Positions 62,336 through 64,000 of a DNA stretch of 64,000 nucleotides are shown in pieces. The position numbers and the translations under genes were made by a program. The first letter of the stretch is position 1; every line of letters begins with the position of its first letter. The stretch lies in NCBI GenBank assembly GCA_964016885.1, contig OZ024743.1, positions 194,370,001 through 194,434,000 on the forward strand, read 5' to 3'. Source of the DNA: Eledone cirrhosa (lineage: Eukaryota). The notes under the pieces are model-generated. The model worked only from the letters and a program-made list of their open reading frames with translations. It ran no database searches and was not told where the DNA came from.

Positions 62336-64000
62336 GGTCTAAGCGGACGTATTTTGCTCGCTCACAGTATGTCGCTTTATTTGTTGTTAAATATTTATTG
62401 TTGTGTAAGGAATATAAGCCCTTTGACTTTTCCCCGTGAAGGGGAAAGTATAATATTTGGGCCTTTTGGCCCAAATATTTGAACTTTTTTTTAAATGTTA
62501 AAAAATTTGCGAAGGACAAAAAAACATGGCTGAGCCACGCCCCCCAGCGATATGTCGGCTGTCGTGCGACAACGACGTAGAAGTTGAGAGGAGCGCTACA
62601 GCGAAATTAACACACATTGATAACACAAACACCACCACAAACAAGGTAAACAAAGACACCAATGATACCAATAAGAACTCTAATTTTGAAAAAATGACAG
62701 TAACAGCGACAACGAAAATACAGATAACAAAAAAAAAATAACAAATTCAACAACAATATCAACACCACTAACATGAAAACAAATAGCGACAACACCAACA
62801 GCAACAATACCGACTGCACCGAGAACAACGGTGGCAACAAAGACAACAATGATAACAGCGACAGTGCTAACAACAACACCAACAAGAACAACGTCAACAA
62901 CACCCCCAACGAAAACAAGACTTCTTTCGCTGCGGCAGCAGCAAAAAAGAGGCCATGCTTCAACATGGACCTCTCAAACAAAGATGAAAAGTTGGCCCAG
63001 GCATGGAAGCTCATCAAGCAAGAGCAAACTTGGGCGAACTTAACTGTCTCGGTAGAAGCTATTGAGGCAATGGAGCGTAAAACGGTGCATTATAGATGCA
63101 TCTCAGCACAAACCAAAAGGGCAGCGTTAATCCCACAAGAAGGTGTCGAAGTCGCGCTGAGGTCCATCAGAGAAGACACCCAGTACATAGAGAGGGGCAG
63201 ACAGTACGGCACCATTTCGGTGTTGTTCAAGTCAGAAGCCTTCAAGTCAGAAGCTATGAAACACGCTATCACTCCTTGCAAAACCAGCAAGGTCATAATG
63301 TACCCCTCTCACATGGGAAAAAGAACGGCCCGTCTCCGCATTCCCAGAATCCCACCTGGACTTGACATGTGGTGGCTTCTGGGATGTGTGATTGTGGAGG
63401 GGACGGATACAGTCCCTATAGAAGTGACCAGAACGGCCAGAGAGGACTGGTCCAGGGTTGACCTGGAGATCCTTCTCCAGATCAGGCCCGAAAATGTGAA
63501 GACAATCTCAGACCACATCCGCCTTCAGAATGGGACTGTCATTCACATTATGACCGAAGGCAAAAGGCCGCAGTGTTTTGTTTGTGGGGAAAAAACCCAT
63601 TTGCGAGCCTTCTGCCCTCAACTGCTGAAAGAGGCAAGGGGTCGAAAGGCTCCACTGCTGCCGATGCCGGGGCGAGGACCACAACCAACACCTGCACCGG
63701 CAAAACCACCAACAACAACACCAATAGAAAGACCACCACCAACATTGACCACCCAGGGGGAAAACGAGGAAAGCTGTCAAATTCCCCCCCCCCCCCCCCC
63801 AAAAAAAATACACACACCAATAAAACCTTAAACTTACAGACACAGACCCCTCATCTACCAGTAGTGAAAATGAGGGAAATCCAAAATCCCCCAAAATACA
63901 AAAAAGGAAACACAAAAAGAAAAAAAAAACTCAACAAAGCACAAAAGCACCCACAATAAAAAACGCAGGCCCACCCATGCAAACATCTCTCCAATAAAAC
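62336..64000 (+). mobile_element. 5' part of a further Tx1-type LINE (B4, ORF1 type 3), cut by the window end
   Basis: Begins directly after (TTA)n; 5' UTR shares GGGCCTT..GCCCAAA.ATTT.AACTTTT with B1/B2. Confidence 0.8.
62773..63831 (+). CDS. Tx1 ORF1-like protein segment (Asn-rich N-terminus, CCHC knuckle), probably a frameshifted part of ORF1 starting at ~62526
   Basis: SFAAAA..RGRQYGTISVLF..EGKRPQCFVCGEKTHLRAFC; homologous to B1-B3 ORF1. Confidence 0.75.
   Translation: MKTNSDNTNSNNTDCTENNGGNKDNNDNSDSANNNTNKNNVNNTPNENKTSFAAAAAKKRPCFNMDLSNKDEKLAQAWKLIKQEQTWANLTVSVEAIEAMERKTVHYRCISAQTKRAALIPQEGVEVALRSIREDTQYIERGRQYGTISVLFKSEAFKSEAMKHAITPCKTSKVIMYPSHMGKRTARLRIPRIPPGLDMWWLLGCVIVEGTDTVPIEVTRTAREDWSRVDLEILLQIRPENVKTISDHIRLQNGTVIHIMTEGKRPQCFVCGEKTHLRAFCPQLLKEARGRKAPLLPMPGRGPQPTPAPAKPPTTTPIERPPPTLTTQGENEESCQIPPPPPPKKIHTPIKP

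Overview
This is AT-rich, microsatellite-dense eukaryotic DNA made almost entirely of transposable-element debris. The SINE families and repeat landscape suggest a cephalopod (Octopus-like) genome, which is an inference. I found no convincing host protein-coding gene, only one weak candidate exon. The window holds: (1) four Tx1/L1-clade LINEs (three near full-length, one cut by the window end), all on + and associated with (TTA)n; (2) at least 8 fragments of R4/Dong-type RLE LINEs, all on -, with (TAA)n tails where the 3' end is clearly intact, interleaved with the Tx1 copies in the same tracts; (3) young tRNA-derived SINEs whose TSDs begin ATTAT and whose 3' tail resembles the Tx1 tail; (4) a Penelope-like (GIY-YIG) relic and about 10 short insertions, mostly in (TA)n, many of them foldbacks, carrying hammerhead-ribozyme (HHR) motifs from about 9 sequence families; (5) a 2.9-kb pol-less LTR element inside a (TATG)n nest; (6) a degenerate Tc1/mariner (maT-like) transposon. 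Most of the supplied ORF track is microsatellite or antisense noise. All alignments and folds were done by eye.
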